DNA of 64,000 bases, taken from the NCBI GenBank assembly GCA_963836315.1, contig CAWIJG010000002.1, positions 1,699,791 through 1,763,790 on the forward strand. The letters are read 5' to 3'. The notes below the pieces were generated by a model. The model was not told where the DNA came from. It did no database searches and saw only the letters and a program-made list of their open reading frames with translations. Of the stretch, positions 1-8,953 are shown piece by piece (position 1 is the first letter of the stretch; every line of letters begins with the position of its first letter). The DNA is from an uncultured Verrucomicrobiae bacterium (GTDB lineage Bacteria > Verrucomicrobiota > Verrucomicrobiia > Palsa-1439). The translations under genes and the position numbers were made by a program.

Positions 1-498
1 ACGGCGATTGGCACCGCGATTCGGACGGCGCTGAAGGCGTTCGAGGCGGGCGAGGGGTGCGACCGGGCGATTGTCCTGATCACCGACGGCGAGGAAACGG
101 AGAGCGATGCATTGGCTGCGGCTGGCGAGGCGGCAAAAGCTGGCGTGAAGATTTACGCCATCGGTGTCGGCACGGCGGAGGGTGAATTGATACCCGTGCG
201 CGAGGATGGGAAGCCGATGGAGTTTTTGAAGGATCGAGAGGGACAAGTGGTCAAGTCACGGCTCGACGAGGAGATGCTCCGACAGCTCGCGCTGAAAACG
301 GGCGGCATCTACGTGCGTAGCGCGGCAGGCGATTTCGGCATCGACACGATCTACGAAAAGGGCATCGCGCAACTCCAGCGCAAGGAGTATGAAGCGCGAC
401 TGCACAAACAGTACTTTGAGCGATTCCAGTGGCCCCTGGGTTTCGCGTTTGCCTTGCTGGTCGTCGAAGCGTTTACGAACGACAGGAGGGGAACATGA
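1..498 (+). CDS. batB: vWA-domain aerotolerance protein, BatB-like (C-terminal part; 5' end lies outside the window)
   Basis: In-frame translation from position 1 (TAIGTAIRTALKAF...ITDGEETESD...IYAIGVGT) is a von Willebrand factor A domain. It ends with a C-terminal TM helix (LGFAFALLVV). It is followed by TPR (BatC-like), BatD-like and TPR+SH3b (BatE-like) genes with ATGA/4-nt overlaps, the classical Bat operon order. Confidence 0.6.
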   Translation, partial: TAIGTAIRTALKAFEAGEGCDRAIVLITDGEETESDALAAAGEAAKAGVKIYAIGVGTAEGELIPVREDGKPMEFLKDREGQVVKSRLDEEMLRQLALKTGGIYVRSAAGDFGIDTIYEKGIAQLQRKEYEARLHKQYFERFQWPLGFAFALLVVEAFTNDRRGT

Positions 499-1256
499 GA
501 TTCTGGTGGTTGCTACTTCTGCTGCCGGACGTGGCGCTGGCTAAGTCGGAAACTTGGCCGCAGCTTTATAACGGCGGCGTGACAGCCTACCGGAGCAACG
601 ACTTCGCGCGCGCGGCGGCGTTATTCGAGAATGCGACTTCCTCCACTGACCGCGCGTTGCAACAACGCGCGCTCTACAATTTTGGAAACACCGACTATCG
701 TCTCGGCCAGGCTCAGCCGGCGCAGGCGCAACCGCTTTGGCAACGCGCGCTGAAGAGCTACGAGGCTGCGCTGGTTCTCGATCCAAAGGATGCTGATGTC
801 AGGTTCAACCGCGACCTTGTGAAAAAGAAACTCGAAGAACTCAAGAAACAACAGCAACAGCAGCAACAGAACCAGAAGAATCAGCAGGATAAGAAACAAG
901 ATCAGAAGAAGAATGACGAACAGCAACAACAGCAGAGCCAACAACAGAACAAGCCTGACGACAAGCAATCTGATCAACGACAAAAGTCCCAACAATCGCA
1001 GGAACAGCAGAATCAGGAACAACGGCAGAAAGATCAGCAGGAGAAGGGGCAAAACGATCAACGGAAGCAACAACAGAAGCCAGAGCAACCCGAACAACAA
1101 CCGCAAGAGAATGGTGGCCAACCCCAGGATTACGATAAGATGCAAGCCACCGCGCTGCTGGACGAACTGCGCGAGGATGAGCGCAACTGGAACTTTTTTC
1201 CCGAAGTGCAAATGAAGGACTTAAAAAACTCCGGCGAGCCGGCGAAGGATTGGTGA
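495..1256 (+). CDS. batC: TPR-repeat protein, BatC-like, with long Q/K/D-rich low-complexity C-terminal region
   Basis: ATG at 495 overlaps the batB stop (ATGA). Signal/TM N-terminus MRFWWLLLLLP, then TPR-like repeats (AYRSNDFARAAALFENA, YNFGNTDYRLGQ). About 100 aa of the polypeptide is QQQ/KK/DQ low complexity encoded by CAA/CAG-rich DNA at ~830-1130. The ORF-track start at 429 is probably too far upstream. Confidence 0.55.
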   Translation: MRFWWLLLLLPDVALAKSETWPQLYNGGVTAYRSNDFARAAALFENATSSTDRALQQRALYNFGNTDYRLGQAQPAQAQPLWQRALKSYEAALVLDPKDADVRFNRDLVKKKLEELKKQQQQQQQNQKNQQDKKQDQKKNDEQQQQQSQQQNKPDDKQSDQRQKSQQSQEQQNQEQRQKDQQEKGQNDQRKQQQKPEQPEQQPQENGGQPQDYDKMQATALLDELREDERNWNFFPEVQMKDLKNSGEPAKDW

Positions 1257-1258
1257 GG

Positions 1259-2965
1259 ATGAGATTGTGGCCGGTCATTGGACTGCTGCTGGCAGCGACG
1301 CGCGCCTTTGCCGACGTGTCGGTTGTTGCCACGGTTGACAAGAACCACATCGGATTCGGGGATTCGGCGATCCTGACAGTCGCGGTGCAGGGCGCACAAG
1401 GGGCCTCGGCGCCTTCCATTCCGGGGGTCAATGGGCTATCCTTCAGTGGGCCGTCGACCCAAAGCAGCATGTCCCTTAACAATGGGCAGTTCAGCCAGTC
1501 AGTCAGTTATACGTATCAGGTCACACCGAGTCGGACTGGTGAGTTCACGATCCCCGGGATTGAGGTAATCGTCGGCGGCAAGAGTTATCTCACGGCGCCG
1601 ATCAAGCTGGTGGTCGAAGCGGGCGCGGCGCAGAATGATTCAAACCAGACCCTCTTCGCCCGGGTGCTTCTGCCGTCGAAACAAGTGTACATCGGCCAGA
1701 CCATGCCGTTGCGGGTGGTCGTGTATTCGCGTAGCGATGTTCCGTTGAAGGGTTTTGACGGATTCAACTACGAAGCCGAAGGCCTAGGTTTCAAGCTCCA
1801 GCCGAACGTGAAACCCGGCGCTCCGGTCGTGAACAATGGGGAGTCGTTCAATGTCCAGATAATCGACGGAGCGATCTCGCCGACTCGCACAGGGGCATTG
1901 ACCTTCGGGCCGTGCGTACTCAAGGCGCAGCTGGCGGTCCAGAAGCGTGGACGCAGCGATTGGCCCTTTGACGATTTCTTCGGACGGGTCGAATTGAGCG
2001 AAACGCCAGTGACAATCGAGGCCGTGCCGATCGAAGTGCTGCCGTTGCCCGCGGAGGGCCGGCCCGGCGATTTCGTCGGCGCGATCGGCGAATGGAAGCT
2101 CGATGTGACGGCCAAGCCGACGGAGGTTGCTGTCGGCGACCCGATCACGTTTACGATCAAGATTAGCGGCAGCGGCAACATCGATACCGTGCCGGCGCCG
2201 AAGCTCGGATCGCTGGATGGATTCAAGACGTACGAGCCGACGATAAAAACGACCAAGGATGACCTAAACACGACGGGCGAGCGGGTCATCCAGCAGGTGC
2301 TCATCCCCAAGAGCGTCAATGTGAAGGAGCTCCCGGAAGTGCGGCTCGCGTATTTCGACCCGGCGGCGAAAACCTACCGAACTTCCGTCCAATCGCCGAT
2401 TACGCTGGTGGTCAAGGCCGGCAGCGGCGGGCAGAGCACGATCATTGGCGGCGGTGGTCGATTGCGACCTGAAGAAAGACTTGGCCAAGACATCGTTTAT
2501 CTCAAGGGGGAGCCTGGGCCGGCGGCTTCGCCCGTTCCGTTCTACGCAACCCTCCCGTTTTGGGCGCTGAATCTCATGCCCGTGCTTGCGTTGTTTGGAG
2601 GCATCGGCTGGAAACGGCGCACGGACAAGCTACGTGGTGACGTGGCGTACGCCCGTCGTGCCCGTGCGGCGAGAAATGCGCGCAAGCTTCTGGCCGTGGC
2701 AACGAGTTACGACGAGGTGCAGCGTGCTCTGCAGAACTATCTGGGGGATCGCCTGAACATTCCCGCCGCCGGCATCACGGCTTCCGTTGTGGACGAACAA
2801 CTCGTGCCGCGAGGTGTAAACGGTGAATTGGCAACCCAGGCCAGGGCGTGTTTCGAGGCATGCGACACGGCGCGATTCGCAGGCGGCGCCACAGATGGTG
2901 GGGTGCCGGAGACGCGGGAACAGATGGAACGATTGATCAATGAACTTGAGAAAAAACAGCTTTAG
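1259..2965 (+). CDS. batD: BatD-like oxygen-tolerance protein (signal peptide, C-terminal TM anchor)
   Basis: 568-aa ORF. ATG at 1259 is preferred over the TTG at 1250. N-terminal signal peptide (LWPVIGLLLAATRAFA). C-terminal TM helix (FWALNLMPVLALFGGIGW) followed by a basic stretch. Position between BatC-like and BatE-like genes. Confidence 0.55.
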   Translation: MRLWPVIGLLLAATRAFADVSVVATVDKNHIGFGDSAILTVAVQGAQGASAPSIPGVNGLSFSGPSTQSSMSLNNGQFSQSVSYTYQVTPSRTGEFTIPGIEVIVGGKSYLTAPIKLVVEAGAAQNDSNQTLFARVLLPSKQVYIGQTMPLRVVVYSRSDVPLKGFDGFNYEAEGLGFKLQPNVKPGAPVVNNGESFNVQIIDGAISPTRTGALTFGPCVLKAQLAVQKRGRSDWPFDDFFGRVELSETPVTIEAVPIEVLPLPAEGRPGDFVGAIGEWKLDVTAKPTEVAVGDPITFTIKISGSGNIDTVPAPKLGSLDGFKTYEPTIKTTKDDLNTTGERVIQQVLIPKSVNVKELPEVRLAYFDPAAKTYRTSVQSPITLVVKAGSGGQSTIIGGGGRLRPEERLGQDIVYLKGEPGPAASPVPFYATLPFWALNLMPVLALFGGIGWKRRTDKLRGDVAYARRARAARNARKLLAVATSYDEVQRALQNYLGDRLNIPAAGITASVVDEQLVPRGVNGELATQARACFEACDTARFAGGATDGGVPETREQMERLINELEKKQL

Positions 2966-3701
2966 GATTCTCGTGGTCATCGGGTGGCTGGGGCTGACGG
3001 CTGCGAGGGCAACTCCGGTCGATGAATTCCGGGCGGCCAACCAGTTGTATGACGCCGGCAAGTTCGCAGAGGCTGTGGGGATTTACGAGAAGATCGAACC
3101 GAAGACAGCGTACGTCTATTACAACCTGGGCAACACGTGGTTCCGGCAGGACAAGTTGGGGCTGGCGGTGCTCAACTATGAGCGGGCGCGCAGGCTGGCG
3201 CCGCGGGACCCCGACATCCTCGCGAATCTCAAGTTTGCCCGGCAACGGCTTGGCGTGGAAGAAGTGAACACCCCTCCGCAGGCCGGCAAGAGGTTTCTGC
3301 GCTCCGCGATCGGGAGCCACACCTCCACGGAATGGGGCCTATGCGAACTGACGACACTTTGGTTGAGCGTATTGGCGGTGGGGGCGTGGATTTACCTCCC
3401 CAGAATGCGGGCGGGATTACTGGTGATGGCGGTGGCTGGCTTTACAGGATTTGCCGTCTCGACATTTGCCCTCAGCTACCAGGCGATCAACGACCACACG
3501 GCTCCGGAAGCAATCGTTGTGGTTACTGCGGCGGAGGCGCGGTTTGCTCCGATGCCCGACTCCACGATTCACTTCCGGCTCGTGGAGGGCACCGACGTTG
3601 AGGTCCGGGAAGATCGAGGGCAATGGCTGTTCGTGGAGCGGGCGGATGGCCAGCAGGGATGGGTAAAGTCGGAGACCCTCGGCCGCATCGGCCCCTCCTG
3701 A
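2940..3701 (+). CDS. batE: TPR + bacterial SH3 domain protein, BatE-like
   Basis: Signal peptide, TPR repeats (AANQLYDAGKFAEAVGIYEKI, YYNLGNTWFRQDKLGLAVLNYERA), two TM helices, and a C-terminal SH3b-like domain (GQWLFVERADGQQGWVKSETL). Overlaps the batD end. Confidence 0.5.
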   Translation: MNLRKNSFRILVVIGWLGLTAARATPVDEFRAANQLYDAGKFAEAVGIYEKIEPKTAYVYYNLGNTWFRQDKLGLAVLNYERARRLAPRDPDILANLKFARQRLGVEEVNTPPQAGKRFLRSAIGSHTSTEWGLCELTTLWLSVLAVGAWIYLPRMRAGLLVMAVAGFTGFAVSTFALSYQAINDHTAPEAIVVVTAAEARFAPMPDSTIHFRLVEGTDVEVREDRGQWLFVERADGQQGWVKSETLGRIGPS

Positions 3702-3758
3702 CGAGGCCCGGTCCTCAGCCAGCGTTTTTTCAAGCTCTTGGTTTCTGCGACAGACCAT

Positions 3759-3796
3759 CGATTCGCACTTGACTATTCAGTCAACTCGGTGAATCG
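3759..3796. promoter_or_regulatory. Nested imperfect palindrome (CGATTCG..TTGACT-ATTC-AGTCAA..GAATCG), candidate TetR operator in the tetR-RND promoter region
   Basis: Read directly: inner perfect 6-bp inverted repeat TTGACT/AGTCAA (3769-3774 / 3779-3784, 4-bp spacer), flanked by outer arms CGATTC / GAATCG. It lies 22-59 bp upstream of the tetR start at 3818. Confidence 0.4.
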
Positions 3797-3817
3797 TGTC
3801 TGCGAACGAGAGTAGTT

Positions 3818-4447
3818 ATGAAAACGGAATGTGAAACGCGACAAAAGCTGCTACAAACTGCGAAGGCGCTGATCTGGGAGCAGAGTTACGGAGCAGTGAG
3901 CGTGGATGACATTTGCGAACGGGCCGGCGCAAAGAAGGGGAGCTTCTATCATTTCTTCCCGTCCAAGTCCGACCTGGCAGTCGCGGCGATCGACGATCAC
4001 TGGCAGAAGTTACGACCCGATCTTGATCGCATCTTTTCGCCACAGACGCCGCCGTTGGAACGGTTGGCGGGATATTGCGATCTTATTTACGAGCAGCAGA
4101 AGCAGAAGATGCGGGAATTTGGCAGGGTTTGTGGCTGCATTTTTTCGTCCTTGGGCTCCGAGTTGAGCACACAGGATGAGAAGATTCGTAAGAAATCGCA
4201 GCAGATCCTTGAATACCGCAGCAAGTATTTCGCGGGAGCGATCCGGGACGCCGTACGGGAAGGACTGGCACCGGAGCAGGACTGCGAGGCCAAGGCTCGC
4301 GATTTGTATGGCTGCATCATCGGGGGGCTTTTGCAGGCGAAGATTGAGAACGACCTGGAGATTCTTCGCCACTTGAAGCCGACGATTTTTCGATTGATCG
4401 GCGTGCCAGAGAAGGAAATCGCAGCCGCATCAGGCACCCGGATCTAG
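3818..4447 (+). CDS. TetR/AcrR family transcriptional regulator
   Basis: N-terminal HTH typical of the TetR family (LLQTAKALIWEQSYGAVSVDDICERAGAKKGSFYHFFPSKSDLAVAAI). 209 aa. Immediately upstream of the RND efflux operon. Confidence 0.8.
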   Translation: MKTECETRQKLLQTAKALIWEQSYGAVSVDDICERAGAKKGSFYHFFPSKSDLAVAAIDDHWQKLRPDLDRIFSPQTPPLERLAGYCDLIYEQQKQKMREFGRVCGCIFSSLGSELSTQDEKIRKKSQQILEYRSKYFAGAIRDAVREGLAPEQDCEAKARDLYGCIIGGLLQAKIENDLEILRHLKPTIFRLIGVPEKEIAAASGTRI

Positions 4448-4504
4448 ACTAACTGGTCAATACCACAGGATGAATACCACTCGGATACAATTACGGAGGA
4501 CGCT

Positions 4505-7500
4505 ATGTGGATTGTCCGCCTAGCGCTTCGTCGGCCCTATACGTTCGTCGTGGCGGCGTTGCTGTTGCTCTTGCTGACCCCGTTCATCCTGCTACGGACG
4601 CCGACGGATATTTTTCCGGCGATCAATATTCCGGTCGTTAGCGTCATCTGGAACTATACGGGCCTGAACGCGGTGGAGATGGCAAACCGCATCGTCTACA
4701 ATGAAGAGCGGGCGCTGACCACCACGGTCAACAACATCGAGCACATTGAGTCCTCTTCGTACTACGGTATCGGCGTTATCAAGGTGTTCTTCCGCCAAGG
4801 GACCTCGGTGGACGCGGGCGTGGCGCAGGTCACGGCGATCTCACAGACGGTCCTGCGCGCGCTACCGCCCGGGACCACGCCGCCGCTTGTCATCCAGTAC
4901 AACGCCTCCACGGTCCCCATCGTCCAGTACGGTGTCAGCAGCAAAACTCTTTCCGAACAGGAAATTTTTGACGCGAGTGTAAACCAGATTCGCGTCAGCC
5001 TGGTCACGGTCCAAGGCGCCGCCATCCCGTACCCGTATGGTGGCAAGCAGCGGCTTGTTTCCATAGATTTGGACCTGAAGGCACTGCAGTCGCGGAACCT
5101 TTCGCCCCAAGACGTTGTCGCGGCCATCAGCGCTCAGAACCTCGTCCTGCCCAGCGGCACGGCGAAGATCGGTTCCACGGAATACGACCTCGCCCTCAAC
5201 ACCAGCCCGAAACTGCTCGACGAGTTGAACGACCTGCCCATCAGGACCGTCAATGGGGCCGTCATTTACGTTCGCGACGTTGCCCAAGTGCGCGACGGTT
5301 ATCTACCCCAACAAAACATTGTCCGCCAGGATGGGGTTCGTAGTGTCCTAATCAGCATTCTCAAAACCGGAACCGCGTCGACGCTGAGTGTCGCGAACGG
5401 CGTCAAGCAAGCGATGGCCGCCACGATGAAGACGGTCTCTGACAAACTGATCGTGAAGCAATTCATCGACCAATCGATCTTCGTGCGCGCCGCCATCTCG
5501 GGCGTGGTGCGCGAGGGGGTGATCGCGGCGTGCCTGACGGCGATCATGATTCTGTTATTCCTGGGTTCGTGGCGGGGCACGGTCATCATTGCCCTCTCGA
5601 TTCCGTTGTCGGTGTTGGTGTCGCTGGCCACTCTGAGCGCGCTGGGGGAGACGATCAACCTCATGACGCTGGGCGGGCTGGCGCTGGCCGTTGGCATTCT
5701 CGTGGACGACGCGACCGTCGAGCTGGAGAACGTCCACCGCCAGATGGCGCTGGGCAAGCCGACCATCCAGGCGATTCTGGACGGCGCCCAGGAGATCGCG
5801 TTGCCGGCGTTCGTCTCCACGCTGTGCATCTGCATTGTGTTTGTCCCGATGTTTTTCCTGACGGGCGTGGCGCGGTATTTGTTCGTGCCGCTGGCGGAAG
5901 CGGTGGTGTTTGCGATGCTCGCGAGCTATGCATTGTCACGGACGCTGGTGCCGACGATGGTGATGTGGTTCTACCGCCACCACGCCTACCACGGCCACCT
6001 GACCGATCCCAACAAGGTTGCGCCATGGCTGCGTCCATTCGTCAGGCTGCAGGGCCGCTTCGAGAGGGGTTTTGATCGATTGCGCGAGAACTATCGCACC
6101 CTCCTTGGCGTCATCTTTGAGCACCGGGTTGCGTTTGCAGCAGTATTCCTGGCATTTTGCATCGGTTCGTGTCTGCTCGTGCCGACCCTCGGACAGGACT
6201 TCTTTCCCTCGGTTGACGCGGGGACGTTCCGGTTACACGTGCGCCTCCGCAGCGGCACACGCATTGAGGAAACCGCCAAGGCCATCGACGAGGTCGAAGC
6301 CGCCATTCGCCGGGAGATCCCGGCGGAAGAATTGCACGGCATTCTCGACAACATTGGATTGCCGAATTCGGGTATCAACCTCAGTTACAGCGACAGCGGC
6401 GTGGTGGGGCCGGGCGACGCGGACATCCTGGTCTCGCTCAACGCAGGCCATCGGCCCACCCCGGAGTATGTCCGACACTTGCGCCTCCGCTTGAACCACG
6501 ACTTTCCCGGAACGACGTTCTATTTTCTGCCGGCGGACATCGTCAGCCAGACGATCAACTTCGGCCTGCCCGCCCCCTTCGACATCCAGATCGTCGGTCG
6601 CGATCAAGTCAAGAACCGGGTGGTGGCCGCGCGCCTCGTGGATCAACTCCGCCGTATTCCCGGCGCGGTGGATGTGCGCATCCAGCAACCTGGCGACCGT
6701 CCCCGAATCGATTTCGCGATCGACCGTACCAAGGCGTCCGAGATGGGGCTTACCGAGAGCGATATTGCCAACTCGGTATTACTGAACCTCAGCGGCAGCA
6801 GTCAGGTGGCGCCTTCCTACTGGGTCAATTTTGGAATCGGCATCCAGTACTTATTGAACGTCCGCGCCCCCGAATACCGGATGGAATCGCTGACCGATCT
6901 CAACTCGATGCCAGTGAGTGCCAGCCAGCCCGGTGCAGGGAACGGCCAACTGCTCTCCAATCTCGCCAGCTTCAAACGCACGACCGGCCCCACCGTCGTC
7001 TCCCACTACGATATCCAGCCCGTGATTGATATCTTTGGCGGCGTGAGCGGTCGTGATTTGGGAGGGGTGCTGCAGGACATCCAGCCGCTTATCAAACAGG
7101 CGGAAAAGGAATTGCCGCGGGGGAGCCTCATCCTGCTGCGCGGGCAGGCGGAGACGATGCATTCGAGTTTCATCGGGCTGAGCATCGGCTTGGTGATGGC
7201 CATTGCGCTCATTTACCTACTGCTGGTCGTGAACTTCCAGAGTTGGCTCGACCCATTCATTATCATTACCGCGTTGCCGGGCGCACTGGCCGGCGTGGTC
7301 TGGGCGTTACACATCACGGTCACCACCGCAAGCGTCCCGGCCCTCATGGGCGCGATCATGAGCCTCGGGGTCGCCACGGCAAATTCCGTTCTCGTCGTCA
7401 CATTCGCGCGAAACCATCTCCACGAGGGACGCGACCCGCTGCACGCAGCCTGGGAAGCCGGTGTGGGCCGTCTGCGGCCGGTACTGATGACGGCGTTAGC

Positions 7501-7732
7501 CATGATCATCGGCATGCTCCCCATGGCCTTGGGACTTGGGGAAGGCGGCGAGCAGAATGCGCCGCTGGGCCGCGCGGTCATTGGCGGTCTGGTGGTCGCC
7601 ACATTTGCCACGCTCTTTTTCGTGCCGGTCGTGTTCAGTCTGCTGCGTCGTCAGGAGTCGGCCTCGGCCCAGGAAAAAGTCGACGCGGTGATACAATCAC
7701 GCGGTGTTCTTCCAACCGCAGTACAGACATGA
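4505..7732 (+). CDS. RND family efflux transporter permease (HAE1/AcrB-like), 12-TM
   Basis: 1075 aa. N-terminus RRPYTFVVAALLLLLLTPFILLRTPTDIFPAINIPVVSVIW. Two large periplasmic loops plus two 6-TM bundles; conserved TM4-like region GLALAVGILVDDATVELEN. Followed by MFP and OMF genes. Confidence 0.9.
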   Translation: MWIVRLALRRPYTFVVAALLLLLLTPFILLRTPTDIFPAINIPVVSVIWNYTGLNAVEMANRIVYNEERALTTTVNNIEHIESSSYYGIGVIKVFFRQGTSVDAGVAQVTAISQTVLRALPPGTTPPLVIQYNASTVPIVQYGVSSKTLSEQEIFDASVNQIRVSLVTVQGAAIPYPYGGKQRLVSIDLDLKALQSRNLSPQDVVAAISAQNLVLPSGTAKIGSTEYDLALNTSPKLLDELNDLPIRTVNGAVIYVRDVAQVRDGYLPQQNIVRQDGVRSVLISILKTGTASTLSVANGVKQAMAATMKTVSDKLIVKQFIDQSIFVRAAISGVVREGVIAACLTAIMILLFLGSWRGTVIIALSIPLSVLVSLATLSALGETINLMTLGGLALAVGILVDDATVELENVHRQMALGKPTIQAILDGAQEIALPAFVSTLCICIVFVPMFFLTGVARYLFVPLAEAVVFAMLASYALSRTLVPTMVMWFYRHHAYHGHLTDPNKVAPWLRPFVRLQGRFERGFDRLRENYRTLLGVIFEHRVAFAAVFLAFCIGSCLLVPTLGQDFFPSVDAGTFRLHVRLRSGTRIEETAKAIDEVEAAIRREIPAEELHGILDNIGLPNSGINLSYSDSGVVGPGDADILVSLNAGHRPTPEYVRHLRLRLNHDFPGTTFYFLPADIVSQTINFGLPAPFDIQIVGRDQVKNRVVAARLVDQLRRIPGAVDVRIQQPGDRPRIDFAIDRTKASEMGLTESDIANSVLLNLSGSSQVAPSYWVNFGIGIQYLLNVRAPEYRMESLTDLNSMPVSASQPGAGNGQLLSNLASFKRTTGPTVVSHYDIQPVIDIFGGVSGRDLGGVLQDIQPLIKQAEKELPRGSLILLRGQAETMHSSFIGLSIGLVMAIALIYLLLVVNFQSWLDPFIIITALPGALAGVVWALHITVTTASVPALMGAIMSLGVATANSVLVVTFARNHLHEGRDPLHAAWEAGVGRLRPVLMTALAMIIGMLPMALGLGEGGEQNAPLGRAVIGGLVVATFATLFFVPVVFSLLRRQESASAQEKVDAVIQSRGVLPTAVQT

Positions 7733-7744
7733 GGGAATGTTGTT

Positions 7745-8953
7745 ATGAACTCGCTTGAGAACAACCAAACAAAGCCCCCGGAATTCAGGGAGCATTCTTC
7801 GCCAGTCGCGCCCCCCGGTTCGGAAACCGGAAGGGACCCGGTCCGGCTGCGGCGCATTGGCGGCATGGTCGCGGCGGTCATCGTGGTCGGATTCGTCATT
7901 GGTTTTGTCCCGCGCTGGCATCAACGCGCGGTGGTGCGCGCCGAGACGATCGAACTGGCGACGCCCAGCGTCAGTGTGGTGTCACCCACACCCAGCCAGC
8001 CGGCTGGCGGTCTGATGCTGCCGGCGGAGGTCAAACCCCTGCTCGAAGCGCCCATATTCGCCCGGGCCAACGGGTATCTCAAACGCTGGCTCGTGGATAT
8101 TGGCGCGCACGTCACGGAGGGGCAGTTGCTGGCGGAGATCGATACACCCGAACTGAACCAACAACTCGAGCAGGCCCGCGCCGAACTCGCGCAAACGGAT
8201 GCCGCCCTGGCGCTGGCCAAGATCACCGCCGACCGCTGGGCCGACCTGTTGAAGACGTCCAGCGTCAGCGAGCAGGAAAACGCGGAAAAGCAAGCGGACT
8301 TCAAGCTCAAGACCGCGACGGTCGATGCTGCGCGCGCCAACGTTCACCGGCTGGAGGAACTTGTGTCATTTGCGCGGGTCACGGCGCCATTTGCAGGGAC
8401 AATCACGGCGCGCAATACCGATGTCGGCGATCTTATCGTGGCGGGCAGCAGCAAGGAACTCTTTCGTCTCGCGCAAACCGAGACGCTTCGGGTGTATGTG
8501 CGCGTGCCGCAATCCGCCGCCCACGGCATCATCCCCGGCCAATTGGCGGAGATGATGATCCCTGAAATACCCGGTCACGTATTTCCCGCGAAGGTTGTCA
8601 CCACCTCGCAAGCAATGTCGACGGATTCACGCACGCTGCTGACCGAGTTGGAAGTGGACAACTCCCAAGGGGAAATCCTCCCGGGTAGCTACGCCCAAGT
8701 GCGTTTTCTCGATGTGAAACTCGCCACCGCGCTGACATTGCCGTCGAACACATTGCTGTTCCGCGCTGAGGGGCTGCAGGTTGGCGTCGTGGGACCCGAT
8801 AAGAAGGTTGATTTGCACAACGTGGAGATCGGTCGTGACTTTGGGCAGAAGGTCGAGGTGATTTCCGGCGTTGGCCCGACCGACCAAGTCATCGTCAATC
8901 CCGCCGACTCGCTGGTCAGCGGCACGACCGTCCGGATCGTTGAGGCGAAATGA
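7745..8953 (+). CDS. RND efflux membrane fusion protein (HlyD/AcrA family periplasmic adaptor)
   Basis: 402 aa. Single N-terminal TM (MVAAVIVVGFVIGFV), coiled-coil hairpin (ELNQQLEQARAELAQTDAALALAK), lipoyl/beta-barrel motifs (VSFARVTAPFAGTITARNTDVGDLI). Confidence 0.85.
   Translation: MNSLENNQTKPPEFREHSSPVAPPGSETGRDPVRLRRIGGMVAAVIVVGFVIGFVPRWHQRAVVRAETIELATPSVSVVSPTPSQPAGGLMLPAEVKPLLEAPIFARANGYLKRWLVDIGAHVTEGQLLAEIDTPELNQQLEQARAELAQTDAALALAKITADRWADLLKTSSVSEQENAEKQADFKLKTATVDAARANVHRLEELVSFARVTAPFAGTITARNTDVGDLIVAGSSKELFRLAQTETLRVYVRVPQSAAHGIIPGQLAEMMIPEIPGHVFPAKVVTTSQAMSTDSRTLLTELEVDNSQGEILPGSYAQVRFLDVKLATALTLPSNTLLFRAEGLQVGVVGPDKKVDLHNVEIGRDFGQKVEVISGVGPTDQVIVNPADSLVSGTTVRIVEAK

Noticed and set aside
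3702-3735. Rho-independent terminator after batE (GC-rich segment followed by TTTTTT at 3725-3730)
   Set aside because: The preceding sequence (gaggcccggtcctcagccagcg) does not form a convincing stable stem-loop by eye, so it is not called.
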